Origin: Octopus sinensis
Taxonomy: Eukaryota
Assembly: GCF_006345805.1 (NCBI RefSeq)
Contig: NW_021834626.1
Span: 1-46,691 of the forward strand
Direction of reading: 5' to 3'
DNA: 46,691 bases
Shown here: one piece after another, positions 10,123 through 22,362 of the stretch
Layout of the letters: each line of letters begins with the position of its first letter
How positions within the stretch are numbered: the stretch's first letter is position 1
Made by a program: the position numbers and the translations under genes
Notes under the pieces: model-generated
Databases searched by the model: none
What the model was told of the DNA's origin: nothing
What the model saw: the letters and a program-made list of their open reading frames with translations, nothing else

Positions 10123-10809
10123 GCACTCCGTCAGTTACGACGACGAGGGTTCCGGTTGATCCGAATCAACGGAAAGCCTGCTCGTGAAATTAACGTGTAA
10201 GTGGCTGAGCACTCCACAGACACGTGTACCCTTAACGTAGTTCTCGGGGAGATTCAGCGTGACACAGAGAGTGACAAGGCCGGCCCTTTGAAATACAGGT
10301 ACAACAGAAACAGGAAGTAAGAGTGAGAGAAAGTTGTGGTGAAAGAGTACAGCAGGGATCACCACCATCCCCAGCCGGAGCATCGTGGTGTTTTAGGTGT
10401 TTTCGCTCAATAAACACTCACAATGCCCAGTCTGGGAATTGAAACCACGATCCTGGGGTCAGTTTGCTCGACAAAAGGCGGTGCTCCAGCATTTATTAAT
10501 GTGCATGTGGCTGAGCACTCCACAGACATGTGTACCCTTAATATAGTTCTCAGGGAGATTCAGCGTGACACAGAGAGTGACAAGGCCGGCCCTTTGAAAT
10601 ACAGGTACAACAGAAACAGGAAGTAAGAGTGAGAGAAAGTTGTGGTGAAAGAGTACAGCAGGGATCACCACCATCCCCTGCCGGAGCCTCGTGGAGCTTT
10701 TTATGTGTTTTCGCTCAATAAACACTCACAACGCCCGGTCTGGGAATCGAAACCGCGATCCTATGACCGCGAGTCCGCTGCCCTAACCACTGGGCTATTG
10801 CGCCTCCAC
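10123..10809 (-). mobile_element. Two tandem SINE family C copies
   Basis: Duplicated GTGGCTGAGCACTCCACAGAC...CACTCACAA(C/T)GCCC blocks; tRNA-like head (minus) with TCG at the anticodon-equivalent position. Confidence 0.8.
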
Positions 10810-11006
10810 GTAACTCTAACTAAGTCTGCCACAAAGATGTTGATCTTGGTAGTACTTGACATCTCTGAGGCACTACGGATTACCAGTGGATTAGCCACAG
10901 GTTTACAAAAGTGTGAGTGGAGTAAACAGGGTTTAACAGTTCCGTTAACCATAGTTTTGGTATATAAACCATTTTACTCCTTGTCTATCTATCTAACTTT
11001 GTGGAT

Positions 11007-11645
11007 TTGGTAGATGGAAACTGAAAGAAGCCCATCGTATATATTTATATACATACTAGCAGTATCGCCCGGCGTTGCTCAGGTTTGTAAGGGAAATAAC
11101 TATAAAGCATTTTTAGAGAGTTATAGCCAAAAAATAAGCAAAAAAATGGGAAAAAAATTATGGGAAATTTTTTTTTGAGAGTTAAAAAAGGTCGAGTTGC
11201 GTCCCCTAGACAGTCTGTGGTTTGTGTTTCTGATTCTCGACCCCATGTCGAATTTATCGATTTTTTTCAGAACTGGGGGAACTTTTCAAAATTTTCGGTG
11301 CGTTAGTTTTGAATTATGACATTGGGCTATGTGTGTGTCAAGTTTCATCAGAATCGGTTGAAAGCCGTGGTCAGGATGAGGGTACAACCACTCAGACACA
11401 CAGACAGACAAACTGCCGTTTATATAGAGAGAGATATATGTGCGTGTTTGTCCCCCCCAACATCGCTTGACAACCAATGCTGGTGTGTTTACGTCCCCAT
11501 TACTTAGCGGTTTGGCAAAAGAGACCGATAGAATAAGGACTAGACTTACAAAGAATAAATCCTGGGTTCGATTTGCTCGACTAAAGGCGGTGCTCCAGCA
11601 TGGCCACAGTCAAATGACTGAAACAAGTAAAAGAGTAAAAGAGAT
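11007..11645 (+). mobile_element. SINE family A (5'-truncated) interrupted by a HINE-like element
   Basis: GGATTTGGTAGATGGAAACTGAAAGAAGCCC, then after the insertion TGTTTGTCCCC...AAACAAGTAAAAGAGTAAAAGAG. Confidence 0.8.
11054..11435 (+). mobile_element. DINE-1/HINE-like non-autonomous Helentron-type element
   Basis: 5' TACTAGCAGTATCGCCCGGCGTTGC, AAGTTTCATCAGAATCGG block, (CAGA)n, 3' TTTATATAGAGAGAGAT; inserted in a TA tract. Confidence 0.7.
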
Positions 11646-11789
11646 AGATAGATAGATAGATAAAAAATATAATCATTTGTAGAACATTAGTTCTATAAAT
11701 GATTAAATTTTATTATTTTTATTTTTTAATTTCTTTATTTTATTTTAAAACTAGTCTCTTATTGAACCTAGAAAGTTCTTATCTAAGAC

Positions 11790-12063
11790 ACAAGTCTGGG
11801 CAAGGTTGTTTACGGAAGACCAGCAGTCATCCATGCATACCAGCCTCCCATCTCCATGCCACCGATGTTATCTAAGGGAAAGGCAAAGGCCGATACAACT
11901 TGGCACCGGTGACATCGCAACTCATTTCTACAGCTGAGTGAACTGGAGCAACGTGAAATAAAGTGTCTTCCTCAAGAACACAACACACAGCCCGGTCCGG
12001 GAATCGAACTCACAACCTCATGCCTGTGAGCATGATGTTCTAACCACTGAGCCATGCAACTTC
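11790..12063 (-). mobile_element. SINE family E (tRNA-like head)
   Basis: Minus: GCATGGCTCAGTGGTTAG...GAGTTCGATTCCCGGACCGGGC...CACTCAGCTGTAGAAATGAGT. Confidence 0.7.
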
Positions 12064-12330
12064 ATTTCAAAGAAACATACTAAACACAAAGTGTTGTTTT
12101 GTGTCCTGTAAGTCAGAGCTCACAGCCTCTGGCAATGAGTTCCACCCGTATGATCAGCAAATCTCAAAAAGATTTTCTCACAGATTCTGTGGAATGACTT
12201 CAATACAAAGAACTAGGTTTTCTTCAACAAAAAGAACTTTATTCTTTTTGACAAAGAAGACTTTGTTCTTTTCAAGGATGTAATTAAGATATATGCACTT
12301 ACTGCCTCACAGACAATATCAAATGATATT

Positions 12331-13810
12331 CATCATCATCATCATCATCATCGTCATCATCATCATCGTTTAACATCCGCTTTCCATGCTAGCATGGGTT
12401 GGACGATTTGACTGAGGACTTGCGAACCAGATGGCTGCACCAGGCTCCAATCTGATCTGGCAGAGTTTCTACAGCTGGATGCCCTTCCTAACGCCAACCA
12501 CTCCGAGAGTGTAGTGGGTGCTTTTACGTGCCACCAACACCAGACTCCAATCTGATCTGGCAGAGCTTCTACAGCTGGTTGCCCTTCCTAACGCCAACCA
12601 CTCCGAGAGTGTAGTGGGTGCTTTTACGTGCCACCAACACCAGACTCCAATCTGATCTGGCAGAGCTTCTACAGCTGGTTGCCCTTCCTAATGCCAACCA
12701 CTCCGAGAGTGTAGTGGGTGCTTTTACGTGCCACCAACACCAGACTCCAATCTGATCTGGCAGAGTTTCTACAGCTGGTTGCCCTTCCTAATGCCAACCA
12801 CTCTGAGAGTGTAGTGGGTGCTTTTACGTGCCACCAACACCAGACTCCAATCTGATCTGGCAGAGTTTCTACAGCTGGTTGCCCTTCCTAATGCCAACCA
12901 CTCCGAGAGTGTAGTGGGTGCTTTTACGTGCCACCAACACCAGACTCCAATCTGATCTGGCAGAGTTTCTACAGCTGGTTGCCCTTCCTAATGCCAACCA
13001 CTCCGAGAGTGTAGTGGGTGCTTTTACGTGCCACCACACCAGACTCCAATCTGATCTGGCAGAGTTTCTACAGCTGGTTGCCCTTACTAATGCCAACCAC
13101 TCCGAGAGTGTAGTGGGTGCTTTTACGTGCCACCAACACCAGACTCCAATCTGATCTGGCAGAGTTTCTACAGCTGGTTGCCCTTCCTAATGCCAACCAC
13201 TCCGAGAGTGTAGTGGGTGCTTTTACGTGCCACCAACACCAGACTCCAATCTGATCTGGCAGAGTTTCTACAGCTGGTTGCCCTTCCTAATGCCAACCAC
13301 TCCGAGAGTGTAGTGGGTGCTTTTACGTGCCACCAACACCAGACTCCAATCTGATCTGGCAGAGTTTCTACAGCTGGATGCCCTTCCTAACGCCAACCAC
13401 TCCGAGAGTGTAGTGGATGCTTTTACATGTCACAGGCACGAGAGCCAGTCAGGTGGTACAGGCAATGGCCACGCTCAAATGGTGTTTTTTCCATGCCACC
13501 TGCATAGGTGCTAGTCCAGCAGCACTGGCAATGACCTCGCTCAAATGTTTTTCATGTGCCAGTAAGGCAACGCTGGTAACGATCACAATCGAATGGTGCT
13601 TTTTACATGCCGTCGGTACAGAAGCCATTCAGCTGCTCTGGCAACGATCATGCTTGGATGGTGCTCTTAGTGCTTCACTAGCACAGATGGCAGTCACCGA
13701 GTTTGATTTTGATTTCGATTTCACTTGCCTCAATAGATCTTCGCAAGCAAAGTTTAGTGTCCAATGAAGGAAAGGTATGCATAAGCGAGCTGGCTACACC
13801 CCTGGCATAG
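12331..13810 (-). mobile_element. SINE family D containing a 10 x 100-bp tandem array (12445-13420)
   Basis: CTCCAATCTGATCTGGCAGAG at 12445, 12545, 12645, 12745, 12845, 12945, 13044, 13144, 13244, 13344. Confidence 0.9.
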
Positions 13811-13849
13811 ATAGATGGATAGATAGATAGATGGATAGATAGATAGATG

Positions 13850-13883
<34 letters not shown>

Positions 13884-13974
13884 GATAGATAAATAGAGAG
13901 ACAGACAGACAGACAGATGGATAGATAGATAGATAAATGGATAGATAGATAGACAGACAGATAGATAGACAGAC

Positions 13975-14018
<44 letters not shown>

Positions 14019-14080
14019 GGATAGATAAATAGAGAGACAGACAGACAGATGGATAGATAGATAGACAGACAGATAGATAT
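13808..14080. repeat. (GATA)n/(GACA)n microsatellite
   Basis: Directly visible. Confidence 0.95.
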
Positions 14081-14396
14081 GTTTCTTTATTAGTCACACA
14101 GGGCTGCACACAGACGGGACAAAATTACAAGGTAGAGCTTTTCTTTTGGGGGTAAAAAAAGGTGGTTTGGTTTTCGATCAAAAGGGATCGTAAAGGGAAA
14201 GAAAGAGGACAAAAAAGGGGGGAATAAAATTTTTAAAAAAAGGTGGGGAAAGGGGAAGGAAAAAAAATTGATCAATAGGGATCGTTATCACAGAAATGTC
14301 AATATGAAGTGTAAAGGGGAGGACAGGTGAGGTTTACCCGTGGAAAGAAAAGCCTACGGAAAAGACCACGGTAACCTCGGTCAATGAAGTCACATT
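14081..14396 (-). mobile_element. Tx1 LINE 3'UTR fragment
   Basis: Reverse complement of the 3'UTR at 28880-29200; its 3' end abuts (GATA)n. Confidence 0.85.
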
Positions 14397-14885
14397 GACT
14401 GAGGACTGGCGAGCCAGATGGCTGCACCAGGCTCCAATCTGATCTGGCAGAGTTTCTACAGCTGGATGCCCTTCCTAATGCCAACCACTCCAAGAGTGTA
14501 GTGGGTGCTTTTCTATGCCACCGACATGAGGGCCAATCAGGTGGTACAGGCGACGGCCACGCTCAAATGGTGCTTTTTATGTGCCACATGCACAGGAGCC
14601 AGTCCAGCGGCATTGGCAATGACCTCGCTCGAATGTTGTTTTTCACGTGCCACCGGCACAAGTGCCAGTCTGGTGGTGCTGGTAATGATCATGCTCAAAT
14701 GGTGCTTCTTATATGCCACCGGCACGGGAGCCAGTCAGCGGCCCTGGCAACGATCATGCTCGGATGATGCTTTTAGATATATATATGTAGATAGATAAAT
14801 TTTAAAATGTGGTGATTGACGATTTAAAGTCTATTCTCAGCATATTGGCATAGAAATCTTTTTTCTTTTGCCCTTGTTTATAATT

Positions 14886-14916
<31 letters not shown>

Positions 14917-15124
14917 TATGCAGACAGTCAGACAGGCAATCAGTCAGGCAGACAGACAGCCAGACTTACATGCATACAGACAGACAGACAGAAATCCACT
15001 CACAAGGCATTGGTCGACCGAGGCTATAGCAGAAGACACTTGCCCAAGGTGCCACGCAGTGGGACTGAACCCGGAACCATGTGGTTGGTAAACTAGCTAC
15101 TTACCATACAGCCACTCCTGTACC

Positions 15125-15176
<52 letters not shown>

Positions 15177-15306
15177 TTATTCTTTGTAAGCCGAGTACTT
15201 ATTCTATCGGTCTCTTTTTCCGAACCGCTAAGTGACGGGGACGTAAACACACCAGCATCGGTTGTCAAGCGATGCTAGGGGGACAAACACAAACACACAC
15301 ACACAC

Positions 15307-15344
<38 letters not shown>

Positions 15345-15874
15345 CATATATACGACGGGCTTCTTTCAGTTTCCATCTACCAAATCCACTCACAAGGCTT
15401 TGGTCGGCCCGGGGCTATAGCAGAAGACACTTGCCCAAGGTGCTACGCAGTGGGACTGAACCCGGAACCATGTGGTTGGTAAGCAAGCTACTTACCACAC
15501 AGCCACAAGTTTGAAAATATTGTAAAATGTAATTAAAAATGACGAAATGTAACCACCTGATTTCGGGGATCGGGTGGGGCATTACACCACATTTATACAT
15601 ACTTCATATCTCATTAATTTTATTCCCCCCACCCCCCGGATTGTACTGTCCCCTCTATGTTCGCCCCTTGTGGGTAGTAATAAAATCATTATAAATAAAT
15701 TGCAGTATATTTGCTCTGTAGCTGCCGGGGCAGACAAACAGACAGGGAGGGAGGGAGACAGGGAGACAGGCAGGTAGGTAGGTAGGCAGGCAGGCAGAGA
15801 TGGGGAGGCAGGCAAGCAGGCAGATAGAAGACAGACAGACAGACGGATGGATGGATGGATGGATGGATAGATAA

Positions 15875-16121
15875 GTTTCTTTATTGGCCACACAGGGCTG
15901 CACACAGATGGGACAAGTTACAAGGTAGAGCTTTTCTTTTGGGGGATGAAAGAAACAAAAAACGGCGCAGGGTTTCGATCAAAGGGGATCGTAAAAGGAA
16001 AAAAAAAAACAAAAAAAAAAAAGGAGAAAAAAAAGAAGAAAAGGAAAAGGAACAAAAGAAAAGATAAATGAAAAAAAGAAGAAAAAAGGGGAAAAAAAAA
16101 AGGGGAAGAGGAAAAAAAAAA
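15875..16121 (-). mobile_element. Tx1 LINE 3'UTR fragment
   Basis: GTTTCTTTATTGGCCACACAGGGCTGCACACAGATGGGACAAGTTACAAGGTAGAGCTTTTC, next to (GGAT)/(GATA). Confidence 0.85.
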
Positions 16122-16122
16122 G

Positions 16123-16503
16123 AGTGGCTGTGTGGTAAGTAACTTGCTTACCAACCACATGGTTACGGGTTCAGTCCCACTGCGTGGCACCTTGGGCAAG
16201 TGTCTTCTACTATAGCCCCAGGCCGACCAATGCCTTGTGAGTGGATTTGGTAGACGGAAACTGAAAGAAGCCCATCGTATATATCTATGTACATATATAT
16301 GTGCGTGTTTGTTCCCCCCAACATCGCTTGACAACCAATGCTGTTGTGTTTATGTCACCGTCACTTAGTGGTTCGGCAAAAGAGACCGATAGAATAAGTA
16401 CTAGGCTTACAAAGAATAAGTCCTGGAGTCGATTTGCTTGACTAAAGGCGGTGCTCCAGCATGGCCACAGTCAAATGACTGAAACAAGTAAAAGAGTAAA
16501 AGA
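16123..16503 (+). mobile_element. SINE family A, near full length
   Basis: GAGTGGCTGTGTGG head through to AAACAAGTAAAAGAGTAAAAGAG tail. Confidence 0.85.
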
Positions 16504-17046
16504 GATAGCTAGCTAGATAGATAGATAGGCAGACAGACAGACAGACAGAGAGATAGATAGGCAGACAGACAGACAGATAGATAGATAGATAGGCAGACAG
16601 ATAGATAGATAGATAGATAGATAGGCAGATAGACAGACAGACAGATAGATAGATAGACAGACAGGCAGACAGACAGATAGACAGACAGATAGACAGACAG
16701 ATAGAGTTCAACAGAGCGACAAACAGACAGACAGATATATTTGAATAGGTAGATAAGAGAAGATGGTCAGACTGGAAGATTGTCAAACAGAGAACTATTA
16801 TATTTTAAATTAGCAAGATGGGTTTTCTTCAAAACATCAAAAATAGATTCCCCATAGAACTGAGCAGTATTTCTGGCACCAGAAAATGGACAGATTTTAA
16901 AATTCCTCTTGAAACTGCCAAAGAAAAGACACCATTCTTTCATTGTGTATTTCGCCATAAATTTAGCGAAAGACATCTGCATCGCAGGCGCAGGGGTGGC
17001 TGTGTGGTAAGTAGCTTGCTTACCAACCACATGGTTCTGGGTTCTG

Positions 17047-17049
17047 ATG

Positions 17050-17085
<36 letters not shown>

Positions 17086-17625
17086 TAATAATAATAATAA
17101 TAATAAATATAATAATAATAATATAATAATTATAATAATAATAATAATAATAATAATATAATAATAACAATAATAATAATAATATAATAATAATAATAAT
17201 ATAATAATAATAATAATAATGATATAATAATAATAATATAATAATAATAATGATAAATATAATAATAATAATAATATAATAATAATAACAATTATAATAA
17301 TAATTATAATAATAATAATAATATAATAATAATAATAATAATAATATAATAATATAATATAATAATAATAATATAATAATAATAATAACAATAATAATAT
17401 ATAATAATAATAACAATAATAATAATGATATATAATAATAATAATAATATAATAATAATAACAATAATAATATAATAATAATAATGATATAATAATATAA
17501 TAATAATAATAATGATAAATATAATAATAATAATGATAAATATAATAAAAATAATAATTAAATAATAATAATAATAATATAATAAGAATAATAAGAATAA
17601 TAATAATATAATAATAATAAAGAAT
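17047..17625. repeat. (TAA)n-based AT microsatellite
   Basis: Directly visible. Confidence 0.95.
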
Positions 17626-17628
17626 AGA

Positions 17629-20277
17629 AGAGTGTCTTACTCAGTTTCACAACTGGCAAAGAAATATCTAAATAGATTCCAAACACAACAAATCCCAGAT
17701 TTAGATTTAATGGAAACAAACACAGAAAAAGCTAAGCGTATAAAATCCCGTGCTAAAACTGCTGCCTTGCATATATTCTCACAGATAATTGGCAAGAAAA
17801 ACCTCTCAATGGCAAATAACCAAAGACAGCGAATAATGTCGATGTTGGCAAAACCCTTACCTATCAATAGTTGGTGTCTTCTGGCTTAGTCAGAGACGGA
17901 AGGGTTTATCATAGCAGCTCAAAATCAATGCCAACCTACAAGGAGCTACCTGGCCAACATCTTGAAGAACGGCAGTCACCCAACATGTCGTGTGTGTAGA
18001 CAACAAGATGAAACCCACAATCATATTTATTTCTTTACTACCCACAAGGGGCTAAACATAGAGGGGACAAACAAGGACAGACAAAGGGATTAAGTCGATT
18101 ACATCGACCCCAGCGCGAAACTGGTATTTTATTTATCGACCCCGAAAGGATGAAAGGCAAAGTCGACCGTGGTGGAATTAGAACTCAGAACGTAACGGCA
18201 GATGAAATACCTATTTCTTTACTACCCACAAGGGGCTAAACATAGAGGGGACAAACAAGGACAGACAAAGGGATTAAGTCGATTACATCGACCCCAGTGC
18301 GAAACTTGGTATTTTATTTATCGACCCCGAAAGGATGAAAGGCAAAGTCGACCGTGGTGGAATTAGAACTCAGAACGTAACGGCAGATGAAATACCTATT
18401 TCTTTACTACCCACAAGGGGCTAAACATAGAGGGGACAAACAAGGACAGACAAAGGAATTAAGTCGATTACATCGACCCCAGTGCGAAACTTGGTATTTT
18501 ATTTATCGACCCCGAAAGGATGAAAGGCAAAGTCGACCGTGGTGGAATTAGAACTCAGAACGTAACGGCAGATGAAATACCTATTTCTTTACTACCCACA
18601 AGGGGCTAAACATAGAGGGGACAAACAAGGACAGACAAAGGGATTAAGTCGATTACATCGACCCCAGTGCGAAACTTGGTATTTTATTTATCGACCCCGA
18701 AAGGATGAAAGGCAAAGTCGACCATGGTGGAATTAGAACTCAGAATGTAGCGGCAGACGAAATACCTATTTCTTTACTACCCACAAGGGGCTAAACATAG
18801 AGGGGACAAACAAGGACAGACAAAGGGATTAAGTCGATTACATCGACCCCAGTGCGAAACTTGGTATTTTATTTATCGACCCCGAAAGGATGAAAGGCAA
18901 AGTCGACTGTGGTGGAATTAGAACTCAGAACATAACGGCAGATGAAATACCTATTTCTTTACTACCCACAAGGGGCTAAACATAGAGGGGACAAACAAGG
19001 ACAGACAAAGGAATTAAGTCGATTACATCGACCCCAGTGCAAAACTGGTACTTTATTTATCGACCCCTAAAGGATGAAAGGCAAAGTCGACCGTGGTGGA
19101 ATTAGAACTCAGAACGTAACGGCAGATGAAATACCTATTTCTTTACTACCCACAAGGGGCTAAACATAGAGGGGACAAACAAGGACAGACAAAGGAATTA
19201 AGTCGATTACATCGACCCCAGTGCAAAACTGGTACTTTATTTATCGACCCCGAAAGGATGAAAGGCAAAGTCGACCGTGGTGGAATTAGAACTCAGAACG
19301 TAGCGGCAGATGAAATACCTATTTCTTTACTACCCACAAGGGGCTAAACATAGAGGGGACAAACAAGGACAGACAAAGGAATTAAGTCGATTACATCGAC
19401 CCCAGTGCAAAACTGGTACTTTATTTATCGACCCCGAAAGGATGAAAGGCAAAGTCGACCGTGGTGGAATTAGAACTCAGAACGTAACGGCAGATGAAAT
19501 ACCTATTTCTTTACTACCCACAAGGGGCTAAACATAGAGGGGACAAACAAGGACAGACAAAGGGATTAAGTCGATTACATCGACCCCAGTGCGAAACTTG
19601 GTATTTTATTTATCGACCCCGAAAGGATGAAAGGCAAAGTTGACCTTGGCAGAATTTGAACTCAGAACATAACGATAGACAAGATACTGCTAAGCATTTC
19701 GCCCGGTGCGCTAACGTTTCTGCCAGCTTGCCGCCACAATCATATTGTCTCCATGTGCAGCCTTCTTGCACCTATAGAGTATCTCAACAGGCATGATAGA
19801 GCAGCTCAGTATATTCACTGGGTAATTTGCATAGACTAGGATCTGCCCCATGATAAAAAAAAAAAAAACAGGTTGGAACGCAAACCACTACCGGTGCTTG
19901 AAAATGACCTCATCTCACTCCTTTGGAACTTTCCCGTTCAAACTGAGAGAAAAATAAATGCAAATAGGCCAGACATTATATTGAAGGATTTCAGACAAAA
20001 ATCATACCCCATCATCGATGTGACTGTCCCAATCGACATAAATGTATCTCTCAAGACCTTCCAAAAACTGAGCAAGTATAAAGAACTTGAAATAGAAATT
20101 GGCAAAATGTGGAACCTCAAGACTAAAGCAATACCTGTTGTCATAGGTATTTTAAGAATAATTACAAAAGGAGCTGATTGCTATCTAGCTCAGGTACCAG
20201 GAAATCCAAAAATGGAAGAAATTTTAAAAATATTATTCATTGGAACTGCCCATATCCTACGTAAATTTTTTCTATGT
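17629..20277 (+). pseudogene. 5'-truncated R4/Dong-clade non-LTR retrotransposon (C-terminal zinc knuckle + restriction-like endonuclease), split by a SINE array at 18028-19735
   Basis: SETEGFIIAAQNQ...CRVCRQQDETHNH | IVSMC..LAP.EYLNRHDRAAQYIHW...LLWNFPVQTERKINANRPDIILKD...IIDVTVP...KLSKYKELEIEIGKMW...IPVVIG: CCHC, RHD and PD..D..K motifs typical of R4/Dong RLE domains. Confidence 0.85.
18028..19735 (-). repeat. Tandem array of 9 x ~184-bp SINE B bodies with a single head
   Basis: Unit starts at 18028, 18212, 18397, 18582, 18767, 18952, 19136, 19320, 19504; TSD (CC)ACAATCATATT at 18015-18027 and 19734-19746. Confidence 0.95.
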
Positions 20278-21068
20278 ATTCTTTGTAAGTCTAGTCCTTA
20301 TTCTATCGGTCTCTTTTGCCGAACCGCTAAATTACGGGGACGTAAACACACCAGCATTGGTTGTCAAGCGATGTTGGGGGAGACAAACACGCACATATAT
20401 ATGTATATACATATATACGATGGGCTTCTTTCAGTTTCCGTCTACCAAATATTTTAGTCCATAAACAGTGTCAAAATACTTCTAAATGTACATAACACTT
20501 TTTACTGGCATCTTAATATCAGACGATCATCCTATAATCAAATTACTTTTAAAACAAAAGTTCTAATTTACTTAAGTTTTGACAGACATTTTCTAGAATA
20601 AGACTCTGTGCAAAACCAAAGATATGGCACCCTAGTCATAACACCAACTTGAACTTCTAACTTGTTGTTTCTTGAGGTCTCTGGGTGAGACTTTGAGTTC
20701 ACTTGTACAAATACTAAGTAAAAGCCAAACAAATGGCACGTAAAAAGCACCATCCGAATGTGGTTGATGTCGGTACCGCCTGATTGGCTCCTATGCCAGT
20801 AGCACATAAAAATCACAATTCCAACGTGGTTGATGCCAGTGACCCCTGATTGGCTCCTATGCCAGTAGCACATAAAAACAGGCCTTGTTTCGAGACGCAT
20901 AAATTATAATGGTTATTGACAATTTTGTCTGCTTTCGGCATATTTGGCATTAGAATTTTTCTTTTGCTCTTACTTATTTAGTTATTTATAAATTTAACTT
21001 TTAAAGGTATTTTTTAATATGCTGGCCATTGATAATATTTTTTTCGAAAAAAATTTTATCCTACAGTA

Positions 21069-21109
<41 letters not shown>

Positions 21110-21288
21110 TTATTCACAAGTTTCAAAACACAGACACACAAACACATATATATATACATATATACGAAGGGCTTCTTTCAATTTCTGTCTACCAAATCCA
21201 CTCACAAGGCTTTGGTCAGCCCGAGGCTATAGTAGAAGACACTTGCCCAAGGTGCCACGCAGTGGGACTGAACCCGGAACCATATATA

Positions 21289-21680
21289 GGTGCAGGAGTG
21301 GCTGTGTGGTAAGTAGCTTGCTTACCAACCACATGGTTCCGGGTTCAGTCCCACTGCGTGGCACCTTGGGCAAGTGTCTTCTACTATAGCCTCGGGCTGA
21401 CCAAAGCCTTGTGAGTGGATTTGGTAGACAGAAATTGAAAGAAGCCCTTCGTATATATGTATATATATATATAAGTGTGTGTGTCTGTGTTTGTCCCCCT
21501 AGCATTGCTTGACAATCAATGCTGGGGTGTTTATGTCCCTGTTACTTAGTGGTTCGGCAAAAGAGACCGATAGAATAAGTACTAGGCTTACAAAAGAATA
21601 AGTCCCGGTGTCGAGTTGCTCGATTAAAGGCGGTGCTCCAGCATGGCCACAGTCAAATGACTGAAACAAGTAAAAGAGTA
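21289..21680 (+). mobile_element. SINE family A full length (head-to-head with a minus copy at ~21125-21285)
   Basis: AGGTGCAGGAGTGGCTGTGTGG head; tail AAACAAGTAAAAGAGTA. Confidence 0.85.
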
Positions 21681-21776
21681 TACATATACATATATATACA
21701 TATACATATGCATATACATTTACATATATATATATACATATGCATATACATTTACATATATATACATATACATATA

Positions 21777-21808
<32 letters not shown>

Positions 21809-22362
21809 CAATTAAAAGATGAAAAGTATATATATGGTGGGCTTCCTTCAGTTTCCATCTACCAAATCCACTTGGAAGGCTTCTGTCAGCTCTAGGCTAT
21901 AGTCAAAGACACTTGTCTAAGATACCACATGGTGAGATTGAATCTGGAATCACATAGTTAGAAAGTAAATTCCTTACCATACAGCTACGCATACAGAATG
22001 AAGAGGTCAAGAAATCTTTAGCTTGTAGAAGAAAACGTACATTTATGGAATCAACAAAAATGGTTAATAAATCAAATTATATTCTCTATATAGCAGCTGG
22101 GTCAAAGTTTACATGCATGATTTACATTTACATAAGTCTATTTTCTGCTATAAGAATACGCTTAACTAGTTGTCAACATTTTAGTTTTGGCTAATGTCAA
22201 TATGGAATTAAATGTTACCAAAATAAAAGCAAGATCAACAGAGGTACCGTTACTTTAATAAATGAGTGAATAGGATACTATGTGAAGGATTATGATGTAT
22301 TTGTATAAACTAGATCCAATTTATTTTGCAGTAATGTTAAACAAATGGTATTTAGGCATAGC

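Noticed and set aside
10745-10809. SINE heads as genuine tRNA genes
   Set aside because: A/B-box-like motifs are present, but the acceptor stem and cloverleaf are incomplete and each head is fused to a SINE body.
12110-12300. Minus-strand WNSLPEAV suggesting a CR1/L2 C-terminus
   Set aside because: A single short motif among stops; insufficient to annotate.
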